Shown: positions 47,383-56,283 of the stretch, piece after piece
Layout of the letters: each line of letters begins with the position of its first letter
Position numbering within the stretch: position 1 is the stretch's first letter
NCBI GenBank assembly: GCA_965227775.1
Contig: OZ245777.1
Location: forward strand, 2,912,001-2,976,000
Direction: 5' to 3'
Length of the DNA: 64,000 nt
Origin: Phycisphaerales bacterium
GTDB lineage: Bacteria; Planctomycetota; Phycisphaerae; Phycisphaerales; UBA1924
Made by a program: the position numbers and the translations under genes
Notes under the pieces: generated by a model
What the model was told of the DNA's origin: nothing
Databases searched by the model: none
What the model saw: only the letters and a program-made list of their open reading frames with translations

Positions 47383-49596
47383 ATGCCGATGCAATTCCGT
47401 CGCGCGGCCACATTGGCCGCCGCGGCTGGCTTGGTCTTCGCCGCCACGGCGAACGCCCAGGGCAGTTGCCGCGCTGACCTTGACGGAGACGGCGAACTGA
47501 CCGTCTTCGACTTCCTTGAGTTCCAGAACCTGTTCACCGCCGGCGATCTGACCGCCGACTTCGACGGGAACGGCCGACTGGACATCTTCGACTTCCTCGA
47601 GTTCCAGAACGAGTTCACGATGGGCTGCCCCACGGGCGAGATCATCTCGACCGAGTTGGCTTCCGAGGATCTCTCCGAGTTCCCGCACGCCGATTACGTC
47701 AAGGCGTTCCAGGAGGACCGTTCGTTCTGGGTCTCGATCGACCCGGGCCAGGTCACCCCGCCCAGCGGCACCGTCGACATCTACGTTGTTGACGACAAGA
47801 CCGAGGCCGAGTGGACCAGCGATCCCTCGCTCGTCGATGCTCGCGGCCTGTTCCAGCCCGCCACGTTCTCCGGCGGCGCTTCGACCGCCAACAACCAGGT
47901 CGAGGTCGGGGGCGTGAGCTTCCTGAACGCGGACGCTGGTGAGAACCTCGGCGTGCCCTACGACGTCGTCATCGACGTCAACCGCAACGGCATGCTTGAC
48001 GAGGGCGACATCATCGACGGCCTCGACAGCGCCGGCTTGTGGCTGTTCAAGGACCTGACGACGCTCGGCCCGGCTGCCCGGACCCGCGTGGAAACCTACA
48101 CGGCTTCGTTCCCCGGCATCCCGTCCGGCCGCAACCAGCAGCGCCTGACCTACCCGAGCGACATCGCCAGCCGCACCGACGTGCCGGTGGTGATCATCGC
48201 GCACGGTAACGGCCAGGACTATCGCTGGTACGACTACATGCACGATCACTTCGCCAGCCATGGCTTCGTCGTGATGAGCCACCAGAACGACACCGTTCCC
48301 GGTATCGAGACGGCCAGCGAGACGATCCTTCGCCACACCGACTACTTCTGGGGCAACCTGGCGACGATCGCCGGCGGTGCGCTCAACGGTCGCCTGGACA
48401 AGAGCAACACCTCGTGGATCGGCCACAGCCGAGGCGGCGAGGGCGTGGCACGCGCCTACGACAAGCTGCTTGATGGCATCTACAACCCGGTGAACTACGA
48501 CATCTCGGACATCAACCTGGTGTCGAGCATCGCGCCCACCGACTTCCTGCTGACGACCCGTTCGAACCCGCACGGGTCGAATCACCACCACATCGCCGGC
48601 TCGGGCGATGGTGATGTGAACGGCGGCCCGACGTCGCCCATCGTTCAGTACTTCGCCATCTACGAGCGTGCGAACACCCAAGAGGGTGACAGCCAGCGCA
48701 CCAACACCTACGTGCTCGGCGCCGACCACAACGACTTCAACTGCTGCGGCTTCAACGATTACAGCGGTCCGGCCGCTCTGCAGATCGGCCGCGCCGAGGC
48801 CCAGCAGGTTGCCAAGATCGTCTGGCTCGTGCTGATCCAGAACGCGGCTCGCGGCGACGAGGTTTCGATGGAGTTCGTCCAGCGCGAGAAGGAGTCGCTG
48901 CGTCCGCTGGGCGTCCGCTCGTCGACGAACGTTGTCAGCGAGTACAAGGCGCCGTTCGATCTGTCTGAGAAGACCATCATCGATGACTTCCAGACGCAGT
49001 CTTCGTCCACGATTGCCAGCTCGGGCGCGTCCGTGAGCTTCAACGTGACGAACTTCACCGAGGGCCGTCTGGACGACAACAACACGTCGTTCACCTGGCT
49101 CGCTTCCGACCCGATGAACGGCATGACCCGCGGCAACAACGGCGGCGATCAGACCCGTGGCATCGTCTTCGATTACTCGATCGATCGCTTCCTGCAGTAC
49201 GACCTGCTCAGCCTACCGCTGTACGCCGATTGGACGCAGTACAGCACCCTGAGCTTCCGTGCGTGCCAGGGCACGCGTCACCCCGACACGGTGGCGATCA
49301 GCGCGAACCAGACCTTCACGGTCACCGTCATCGACGGCGATGGCAACAGCAGCTCGATCAACATCGGTGCCTATGGCAACGCTGGCCTGAACGAGCCGTT
49401 CCCTCGCACGGGCGCTGGCTCGGGCGCTGGCTGGGGCAACGAATTCGAGACGTTCCGCATCAACATTCAGGACTTCCTGCGTGATGGAACGACCCTCGAC
49501 CTGTCGAACATCGATCGCGTCCGCTTCGAGTTCGGGCCGTCCTTCGGTTCGAACCGTGGCCGCATCGGCTTCGATGACCTGGAACTGCTCCGTTAA
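47383..49596 (+). CDS. Secreted alpha/beta hydrolase with N-terminal GC-type dockerin-like domain and C-terminal beta-sandwich-like domain
   Basis: Signal peptide (...ANA|Q); CRADLDGDG...DFDGNG...MGC at 47467-47628; IIAHGNG; nucleophile elbow GHSRGG; DGDV and GADHNDFN as candidate Asp/His; AGGAG RBS. Confidence 0.85.
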   Translation: MPMQFRRAATLAAAAGLVFAATANAQGSCRADLDGDGELTVFDFLEFQNLFTAGDLTADFDGNGRLDIFDFLEFQNEFTMGCPTGEIISTELASEDLSEFPHADYVKAFQEDRSFWVSIDPGQVTPPSGTVDIYVVDDKTEAEWTSDPSLVDARGLFQPATFSGGASTANNQVEVGGVSFLNADAGENLGVPYDVVIDVNRNGMLDEGDIIDGLDSAGLWLFKDLTTLGPAARTRVETYTASFPGIPSGRNQQRLTYPSDIASRTDVPVVIIAHGNGQDYRWYDYMHDHFASHGFVVMSHQNDTVPGIETASETILRHTDYFWGNLATIAGGALNGRLDKSNTSWIGHSRGGEGVARAYDKLLDGIYNPVNYDISDINLVSSIAPTDFLLTTRSNPHGSNHHHIAGSGDGDVNGGPTSPIVQYFAIYERANTQEGDSQRTNTYVLGADHNDFNCCGFNDYSGPAALQIGRAEAQQVAKIVWLVLIQNAARGDEVSMEFVQREKESLRPLGVRSSTNVVSEYKAPFDLSEKTIIDDFQTQSSSTIASSGASVSFNVTNFTEGRLDDNNTSFTWLASDPMNGMTRGNNGGDQTRGIVFDYSIDRFLQYDLLSLPLYADWTQYSTLSFRACQGTRHPDTVAISANQTFTVTVIDGDGNSSSINIGAYGNAGLNEPFPRTGAGSGAGWGNEFETFRINIQDFLRDGTTLDLSNIDRVRFEFGPSFGSNRGRIGFDDLELLR

Positions 49597-49614
49597 CACT
49601 GCACCTCACACGGG

Positions 49615-49638
49615 GTCCTCGTCCTTCGGGCCGAGGAC
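49615..49638 (+). other. Intergenic hairpin with cUUCGg tetraloop
   Basis: GTCCTCG-TCC-TTCG-GGC-CGAGGAC between the hydrolase and its downstream partner; no U-tract on the + strand. Confidence 0.5.
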
Positions 49639-49679
49639 AAAACTGAACGATCACCGATAACAATCGGAGTCAGAGAGCC

Positions 49680-50309
49680 ATGAAGTTTTTGAACACAACG
49701 CTTGCGGCGTCCGTCCTGGCTGGTGCCGTCGTCGTCGCCGCTCCCCCGCAAACGCCCGCCACTCCGGCGGCGGTGCAGGACATCGTTTTCGCGCAGCCCT
49801 TCACCCTGGACCAGGGTGAGGTCAGCACCTGGCGCGCCGAGCGCCCGGTCGTTGACAGCGGCTACATCATCGTGCTGAAGGTCAACCCCGACCTGGTGTA
49901 TCCGCGTCAGAGCGCCGAGCCGGTGCTCTACGTGGGCGACACCACCGCTCAGCGCCTCAACGTGGGCTATCGCTCGGGCCATGTCGTCGCCGTCGTCGGC
50001 GCCGAGATCACCGGCGAGCAGGCCATGGACCTGAGCAAGGTCAAGATCTGGTTCGGCACCCCCGAACTGCCCGAGCGCGTCGATGCCAACCGCATCGCGC
50101 AGGAGTCGGCCCTGGCCGACGCCGCGGGCATCAAGCCGTTCTCGGCCGACAAGATCAGCGGCCTGCTGGCTCAGAACGAGACGCTGAGCGAGCAGAGCAT
50201 GGCCGGCATCCTTGATGACGTCGCCGCTCAGATCCGCCGCTTCAGCCCGCAAGAGGAAGAAGTGGCCGTCGCCCTCGAGGCGAGCTCGGGCCAGACCGCG
50301 GGCAACTGA
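49680..50309 (+). CDS. Secreted hypothetical protein (209 aa), co-oriented partner of the hydrolase
   Basis: Signal-peptide-like N-terminus MKFLNTTLAASVLAGAVVVA; strong GC3 codon bias like the upstream gene. Confidence 0.8.
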   Translation: MKFLNTTLAASVLAGAVVVAAPPQTPATPAAVQDIVFAQPFTLDQGEVSTWRAERPVVDSGYIIVLKVNPDLVYPRQSAEPVLYVGDTTAQRLNVGYRSGHVVAVVGAEITGEQAMDLSKVKIWFGTPELPERVDANRIAQESALADAAGIKPFSADKISGLLAQNETLSEQSMAGILDDVAAQIRRFSPQEEEVAVALEASSGQTAGN

Positions 50310-50360
50310 GCCCGTCACGCGATCGGCGGACTCGTCCGCCATCCGTTCTTGATCCAAGAC

Positions 50361-50398
50361 CGCCCCGCCATCGAGAGATGGCGGGGCGTTTTGTTTTG
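50361..50398 (+). terminator. Rho-independent terminator
   Basis: Perfect 12-bp stem CGCCCCGCCATC-GAGA-GATGGCGGGGCG followed by TTTTGTTTT. Confidence 0.85.
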
Positions 50399-50408
50399 CG
50401 TCAGTGAA

Positions 50409-53400
50409 TCAGTCTTCTTCGAATCGCTTGCGAGCGCGGCGCTTGGCCGCGAGCAACCCGCCTTCGGTATCTGCCTTGGGCTGCGTTGCAGGCGGGGCGG
50501 GCTCCTTGTCAGTTCGCGCCTCATTAGCCGGCGACTGAGCGGACTTCGCGGCCATCCGTTCGGCCCGGGCACGGAGGATGCGTTGTTGTGCTTCGTGGGC
50601 CGAACGCTGCGCGTCTTCGGCCGTCGCCGACACATCGACGTCCTGGTTCCGCGTGCGGCGGACGCGGTCGTCGGCCTTGGCTCCGGCCTGCGTTCGCAGC
50701 GCGCCGATCGATCGACCGGCAGCGCGACCCTGCGTGCTCAAGGCTGCGGTTGCCCGGAGCCAGTCGGCCCCCAAGGCTCCGCTGAGCAGGCGATCCCAGG
50801 CGACCCGACGCGTGCCGATATCTAGCACGAGCACGGCCAAGGCCCAGCCGAGTGCGAGCTGCCAGAGCGGGTTCCGAGACTCGCTTGGGCTGATGTCGCC
50901 TCGGTCGAAGACGCGCTGCGCGTCGGCGAATGAGAGCACGCGGCCACTGGTCGCCTCGGCGATCGCGCGGACCGCCGCGGTATTGGAAGACAAACTGCGG
51001 TACTCCGTCCCGCCTGAGACCGGCACACCTGCGAGCATCGGGGGCAACGGCCGACCCTGTCGCGTTGGGCGAACGACCACGACGTATGAGCCCTCGCCGC
51101 TTACCGGCAGCGACGCCTCGTACGTGCCAGGCCCGACCTGACCAAGGGTCACGTCCTGCCCTCGTCCTAGCGGGTCGTACACAGTGCCGGCCGCACCGAT
51201 GCCGTCGATCGGAATGCCGTCTTCGTCGTACGCTTCAACCTCGAGGGTCAGTCGACCGTCGTCATGCCGGACGCGCATCGCGAGGCCCGCGTCTTCGGTG
51301 TTCCGACTCATCGCACGCGTGAGCTGCCCCCAGAACCGCTCGAAACCCGACCAAGAAACCCAACGCTCGGCCCATCGATCGGAATCTGAGGTGAACGCCG
51401 CGACCTGGCCCAGGCCGGCGTTCCAGTGTGCTAGAAGTGGCTCGCCCTGTCTCGTGGCCATTGCGAGCGTAATGGTCGGCTCGTCCTTCGCACGGGTCAG
51501 GTTGATGCCCGCGAGCATTGGCGGTGTCGACAGCCCCACCGTCGCGGGCGAGGGAGCTGGCAGCACCACTGGCGTGATCTGTCCCTCTCGCACAAGCGGT
51601 GAGCGGGTGACCTGCACCTCGCTCAAGAAGACCTGCGGCAGCACGTTCGGATTGATCACGTTGTAGAACGTGCCGTCGGCAACCTCGGCAACCTGCTTCA
51701 TCGTCTCCGTGTCGGCGGCGTCACCCACGGCGATAGTGCTGATGGTGATGTCTCGGGCGTGAATCTGGGCGGCCAAGTCCGGCAGGACCTGTGCATCAGT
51801 GGAAAGCCCATCGGTCAGCACAATGATGTGGCGGCTCTTTGCCTCCACGCTTCCGACCTGATCCGCCGCCAGACGCAACGCCGGGCCGACGCGCGTGCCC
51901 CCACCGGACGGGATGCCTCGGATCTTGGCTGCTGTGTCTCTCGGGTTCGCATTCGGACCGATCGGCACGACGAGGTTGGTCGAATTATTGAACGAGATGA
52001 CCGCGACCTGATCAGTGTCGTGCAGATTGAGCACGGCGAGAGAGGCTGCCTCGTTCGCGATGCGCTGCTGCGAGCGGGCCGAACCAAGTACACTGCGGCG
52101 CATGCTGCCCGAGTTGTCGAGCACAATGGCGATCGCCACCTCGGGAGTCTGCACGCGCTGTGGAAGATCGAGATGGACGGGCAGGATGGCCTCGATCGAG
52201 GAACCACGCCAGCCGCCCGAACCGAACGAACGCTCGCCTCCGACCATGATGAGCCCGCCGCCGAGTTCGGTCACGAACGTCGCCAGCGCGTCCTGGGCAT
52301 CCTGGGGCACTTCGTCGGCGCCAACGCCCACGAGCAGCACGAGGTCGTACGCCTCGAACTCGACAAGGTCGGTCGGCACGCCAACGGGCGAGCGACGCTC
52401 GACGGTCAGTCCAAGGCGCTCCAGTGTCTGCGCCAGCGTCTGCCCCTGGGCGGCGCCGTCGCCACGAACGAATAGGACCGCACCATCTCCCGGCGAGATC
52501 GTGAACGCTCGGCCGCTGTTGTTGGCAAGCGTTGTGTCGGCAACGACGCCCTCGCGTTCCTCGGGCTCGAACACGGCCTCGAATCGATGGATACGCCCCT
52601 CGGGCAGTGGCACTTGGAATGGCTCGACACTCCGGCCCGCGTCGAGCAGGACGCGTCGCTCCTGGCCGATGTCCTGGCCATTGAGGAGCAATCGCAGCGT
52701 GCCCGCAGCGGGTGCGGTCGCCCGCAAACCGACGCGCACGGGTGTCACCGAGCCCCTCGCGGCCCGGGGAGGCGCATCGACAAACTCAACGAGCACCTCG
52801 CGCTGCACGAGGTACTCGATCGGTACAACGTCGATAGGAAGTCCGCCGCGAGCGCCCTCGCCCAGCGTGCGCGCCCGGGCCAGGCGTTCGGCTGTCGCGA
52901 GTTCGTCGCCCGTCGTCGCGTTTCCGTCGGAAATCAGAATGATGCGGCCCGCTGCATCGGTCGGGATCATCGCAGCAGCCGCGTTGAGTGCCGAGGCGAT
53001 ATCGGTGCCGCCCTCGCCCAGCTCTGGTAGAGCACGATCGGCCACGGGGCCAGACGACGGCGAGAGTACCGGCACCGGCTGGTCGGCGAACGCAAGCACG
53101 CCCAGCATGTCGTCGCGTTCGCGGGCTTCTCCGGCCCTCTCGACGAACGCTCGGGCGTTGAGCACGGGCGAGCCGCCATCATCATCGGACGGCCCGTATC
53201 GCAGTACCGAACCGGAGACATCGACGGCGACGACAACGGCCATGCGGTCGTTCTCGCGGATGCCGCTGACGCCCGCGAGCGCGAGCGCGATTAGCGTGAA
53301 CAGCACGAGCCTTGCCATTACGGCGGTGCTTCGACGCGTGCGCGTCATCGTGCGGAAGGCGGCGAGCGCCATGACGCCCAGCGGAACCGCGGCGATGGCG

Positions 53401-53441
53401 ACCATCAGCCACCACGCGTTGTCGAAGGCGAACTGCCTCAC
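50409..53441 (-). CDS. Membrane-anchored double-VWA protein with central glutamine-amidotransferase-like domain
   Basis: BatA-like N-terminus; MIDAS DVSGS and DNSGS; TDIASAL and ILISDG; YDLVLL...GGGLIMVGGERSFGSGGW; C-terminal TM. GTG 53441 overlaps the upstream stop. Confidence 0.85.
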   Translation of the reverse strand: MRQFAFDNAWWLMVAIAAVPLGVMALAAFRTMTRTRRSTAVMARLVLFTLIALALAGVSGIRENDRMAVVVAVDVSGSVLRYGPSDDDGGSPVLNARAFVERAGEARERDDMLGVLAFADQPVPVLSPSSGPVADRALPELGEGGTDIASALNAAAAMIPTDAAGRIILISDGNATTGDELATAERLARARTLGEGARGGLPIDVVPIEYLVQREVLVEFVDAPPRAARGSVTPVRVGLRATAPAAGTLRLLLNGQDIGQERRVLLDAGRSVEPFQVPLPEGRIHRFEAVFEPEEREGVVADTTLANNSGRAFTISPGDGAVLFVRGDGAAQGQTLAQTLERLGLTVERRSPVGVPTDLVEFEAYDLVLLVGVGADEVPQDAQDALATFVTELGGGLIMVGGERSFGSGGWRGSSIEAILPVHLDLPQRVQTPEVAIAIVLDNSGSMRRSVLGSARSQQRIANEAASLAVLNLHDTDQVAVISFNNSTNLVVPIGPNANPRDTAAKIRGIPSGGGTRVGPALRLAADQVGSVEAKSRHIIVLTDGLSTDAQVLPDLAAQIHARDITISTIAVGDAADTETMKQVAEVADGTFYNVINPNVLPQVFLSEVQVTRSPLVREGQITPVVLPAPSPATVGLSTPPMLAGINLTRAKDEPTITLAMATRQGEPLLAHWNAGLGQVAAFTSDSDRWAERWVSWSGFERFWGQLTRAMSRNTEDAGLAMRVRHDDGRLTLEVEAYDEDGIPIDGIGAAGTVYDPLGRGQDVTLGQVGPGTYEASLPVSGEGSYVVVVRPTRQGRPLPPMLAGVPVSGGTEYRSLSSNTAAVRAIAEATSGRVLSFADAQRVFDRGDISPSESRNPLWQLALGWALAVLVLDIGTRRVAWDRLLSGALGADWLRATAALSTQGRAAGRSIGALRTQAGAKADDRVRRTRNQDVDVSATAEDAQRSAHEAQQRILRARAERMAAKSAQSPANEARTDKEPAPPATQPKADTEGGLLAAKRRARKRFEED

Positions 53442-55927
53442 GAGCCGCCGCCACCCGACGACTCGCCGGACGAGGTGGGTGCCCGCTCCGCGAATCGCTC
53501 GGCGTAACGCTGGAAGACCTTGCGGATCAGTTCGCTGCGACGGCGCGGCACGCGTTCTCGCTCGATGGCGTCTTGCGCTCCTCGAGCAGCGCGAAGCACA
53601 TCCTCGGTTGCCCGCGACGAACCATCGCCAGGCGCATCCCGTCCCTCGCCGAACCACTCGGCCACGGTGCGCATGGCTTCGCTGTCGCTGGCGTCGGACT
53701 CGGGCAGGTCCATCAGCTCGCGACGCCATGGATCCACATCGCGTGCGTCCAGCGGCTGGCCTTCGCCCTCGCCCGCGAGTTCTTCGCCGAGCTGGCCTTG
53801 TTCGGCACCCGGTTCGTCGCCGGGCTCGCCACGGGGCATGAGCCCCTCCTGCCCTTGCGGGTCTTCCTGGCCCTGCTCGCGAAGTCGGTCGAGCAACTCG
53901 CGTTGCTCCTGCGGCGACATATTTTCGAACGCCTCGCGCGCCCTCTGCCTGAGGTCCTCCGCCTGCTCTTGTTGCTGCTGGGCGTCACGCGGACGATCGG
54001 CGAGTTCTCGCAACCGCTCCGACAAATCCCGCTGCTGCTCGCCCTCCTGCGATCCCTCTTGCGATTCGGCTTGCTCACTGGCCCCGTCCCCAGCCTGCTC
54101 GCCTTGGCGTTGTTCAGGCTGTTCGCCTGACTGCTCACCAACTTGCTCGGGCTGCCCCTCCTCCGAGGGACCAGGCTCGGATTGGCTGGGCTCCGGCTGC
54201 CCACGTTCGGGCTGGGAGGGATCTTGACCGGGTCGCGCTTGCGGTTCGGTAGTCTGCTGGTCGCCCGTTTCGGGTTGCGATGGATCGGGTCGGCCTGGCT
54301 CACTGCCGGTGGGTTCGGTCTGGGCAGGTTCTGATTGGCTCGACTCGGTCTGGCCCTGGTCGCGTTGACCGCTCTCGGCTGACTCCCCGGTCTCCTGTTG
54401 CCGCTCGCCGTCTTGCGACTGCGTTTCGCCTTGCTGCTGCTCTTGCTGCCCTTCGCCTGGTTGCTGCTGAGCGTCTTGCTGCTGCTGTTCGATCTCGTCT
54501 GCCTGCTCGCGCATTGACTCACTCAAGCGGCGTTGCTGCTCTTGCGAGTCTTGCTGCGCTTGCTCGCGCTGTTCTTCAGCCTCGCGGGACTGGTCCGCTC
54601 CCTCGCCGCCGGCTTGCTGCTGCTCTTCCCGCGATGTTTCCCGCTCACCTTCGGATTGCGATGCCTCGGAACTCGGCTCGCGCTGCTCCTGCGGCTCATC
54701 GCCTTTCGGCTCTTGCTGAGGATCCTCAGAGCGTTCCGGCTCCGACTGACCCTGAGGCGGCGGCTCAGACTCCTGGCCTTGTGGTGGTGTCGACTGGGCG
54801 GATTCGTCGGGTGTTGGCGCGTCCTCTTGGCCAGCCTGTTGATCCAGACGCTCGGCCATCTCGCGCAGCCGCTCGGCGGCCTCACGACGCTCGGACTCGG
54901 ATACGTCGGCATCGCGCGAACGGTCCTGCAACTCCTGGGCCGCCTCGGCGGCGCGTTCCAGATCGCCGCTCTCCAGGGCGTCTGCGAGGCGTTCGGCCGC
55001 ACCACGCAACGAGTCTTCTTTAAGCCGCTCTGTGTCCGCGGTCTTCTCGAGCTTGGCGAGCGCGTCGCGCAGCGCTTCGTCGGCCAACTCGCGCTGGCGC
55101 GCGTCGTCTTCCAGCGCCTCGGCTGCTTCGGTTGCCGCCGCAGCGGCCTCGGTCACGGCTTCTTGCGGATCGCGTGATCCGCCTGCGAGTTCTTCTTCGA
55201 TCTCACGCAAGCGTTCGAGTTCGCGACGCACGCGATCGCTCGTCTCATCCTGCTGGTCGAGGCCGGCTTCGCTAGCTTGTTGCTCGAGCGCCTGCGCCAA
55301 GCCCTCGATTCCTTGGCGGGCCTGCTCGACCTGCTGCGGATCGGCTCGGGTTACCGACGTCTCCTCTGCAATCGGTTGATAGCCCCACGGCGGCAAGAAC
55401 GCGGCCGCCGCTACGGCAAGACCAACGGTGAGCGGTCCGATGAACGCCACCCTCGACAAGCGAATCGGCACGACTTCGGTTGGCTTGATCCCATCGGCGA
55501 TCGACTCGGCGCGCTGGACCGCGAGACCCGAAAAGCCGGCGTCCTCTTCGCGTTTACTCCCAGAGAGCAAGACGGCACTTACCAGGGCGTCTCGCAGGCC
55601 CGCGTGCGAATCCGCTTCCGCCGCGGCCGTCTCGATCGATTGCCGACGCGATGCCGCCCATCCGATCGAGGCGAGAACCGAGATTGCGACCAGACCGGCG
55701 ACGACGAGCGTCGCCCAACTCGCTTCGCCCAGCCCACGCGCCGCGATGACGAGCACGACCGCGGCCCCTCCGGCAACGATGAGCCCGCGCTCGGCGAGCC
55801 CAAGGGCGTGCGAAAGACGGCGTCGGCGGATGATCAGCCTGGCCAGCCGGAGCGTGCGTGTTGGTGTCGGCAGGTTGGTTCGATCGGGCGTCATGGGCGT
55901 ACGTTGGACCATCGTCCGTACAGCCAT
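53438..55927 (-). CDS. Membrane-anchored Gln/Glu-rich coiled-coil protein (DUF4175-like architecture)
   Basis: Three N-terminal TM segments, GLRDALVSA, long E/Q-rich helical and low-complexity region, C-terminal RVPRRRSELIRKVF. Confidence 0.75.
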   Translation of the reverse strand: MAVRTMVQRTPMTPDRTNLPTPTRTLRLARLIIRRRRLSHALGLAERGLIVAGGAAVVLVIAARGLGEASWATLVVAGLVAISVLASIGWAASRRQSIETAAAEADSHAGLRDALVSAVLLSGSKREEDAGFSGLAVQRAESIADGIKPTEVVPIRLSRVAFIGPLTVGLAVAAAAFLPPWGYQPIAEETSVTRADPQQVEQARQGIEGLAQALEQQASEAGLDQQDETSDRVRRELERLREIEEELAGGSRDPQEAVTEAAAAATEAAEALEDDARQRELADEALRDALAKLEKTADTERLKEDSLRGAAERLADALESGDLERAAEAAQELQDRSRDADVSESERREAAERLREMAERLDQQAGQEDAPTPDESAQSTPPQGQESEPPPQGQSEPERSEDPQQEPKGDEPQEQREPSSEASQSEGERETSREEQQQAGGEGADQSREAEEQREQAQQDSQEQQRRLSESMREQADEIEQQQQDAQQQPGEGQQEQQQGETQSQDGERQQETGESAESGQRDQGQTESSQSEPAQTEPTGSEPGRPDPSQPETGDQQTTEPQARPGQDPSQPERGQPEPSQSEPGPSEEGQPEQVGEQSGEQPEQRQGEQAGDGASEQAESQEGSQEGEQQRDLSERLRELADRPRDAQQQQEQAEDLRQRAREAFENMSPQEQRELLDRLREQGQEDPQGQEGLMPRGEPGDEPGAEQGQLGEELAGEGEGQPLDARDVDPWRRELMDLPESDASDSEAMRTVAEWFGEGRDAPGDGSSRATEDVLRAARGAQDAIERERVPRRRSELIRKVFQRYAERFAERAPTSSGESSGGGGS

Positions 55928-55988
55928 TCATACGACAGCGAAGACCTCATGGTGCGGCTGAGGCCGGCTGGACGGGGATCCCTTGACG

Positions 55989-56135
55989 CCGCTACCGCAC
56001 CCTCACCGGTTGGTGGCCAGGACACCGGCGGCGCCGGGCAGCCGCCGCTTAGGGCTGCTGCGGTCAGGCCCTGACCCGGTTCACGAGGCCACCCACGCAC
56101 CGGGCCCGGCCACCAACCAGAGGGGGTGCGAGCGG
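55989..56135 (-). ncRNA. ffs: Signal recognition particle RNA (4.5S-type, extended stem)
   Basis: Minus strand contains GAACCGGGUCAGG-GCCUGACCGC-AGCAGCCCUAAGCG (helix 8 with the CAGG/AGCA symmetric loop) inside a ~147-nt rod whose G-U pairs form only on this strand. Confidence 0.88.
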
Positions 56136-56139
56136 GCGG

Positions 56140-56168
56140 ATGATACCGGACGCTGCGAGGGATTGCAA
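56140..56168 (-). promoter_or_regulatory. Sigma70-type promoter for the SRP RNA
   Basis: Minus strand TTGCAA (56168-56163), 17-nt spacer, TATCAT (56145-56140), ending just upstream of the RNA stem. Confidence 0.7.
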
Positions 56169-56283
56169 CGGCCGGGGCATGGCCGCTAGGGCCCGCCGGG
56201 CAACACGACGGCCGCGGCCTACGTATGGTCGATGGTGGGTATGCCAGGGGTGATGCAGGGCTACTCCCGGATCGAGGAGCGTC

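Noticed and set aside
47350..48729. 459-aa minus-strand ORF
   Set aside because: Antisense shadow of the hydrolase gene.
52015..53841. 608-aa plus-strand Ser/Arg/Thr-rich ORF
   Set aside because: Antisense shadow of the VWA gene.
55989..56135. 6S RNA interpretation of the long hairpin
   Set aside because: It carries the SRP helix-8 signature and has no large central bubble.
56140..56215. Possible Alu domain of a large SRP RNA (TAGCGG...TGCAATCC on the minus strand)
   Set aside because: Better explained by a TTGCAA-N17-TATCAT promoter ending just before the RNA stem; not fully excluded without 5'-end mapping.
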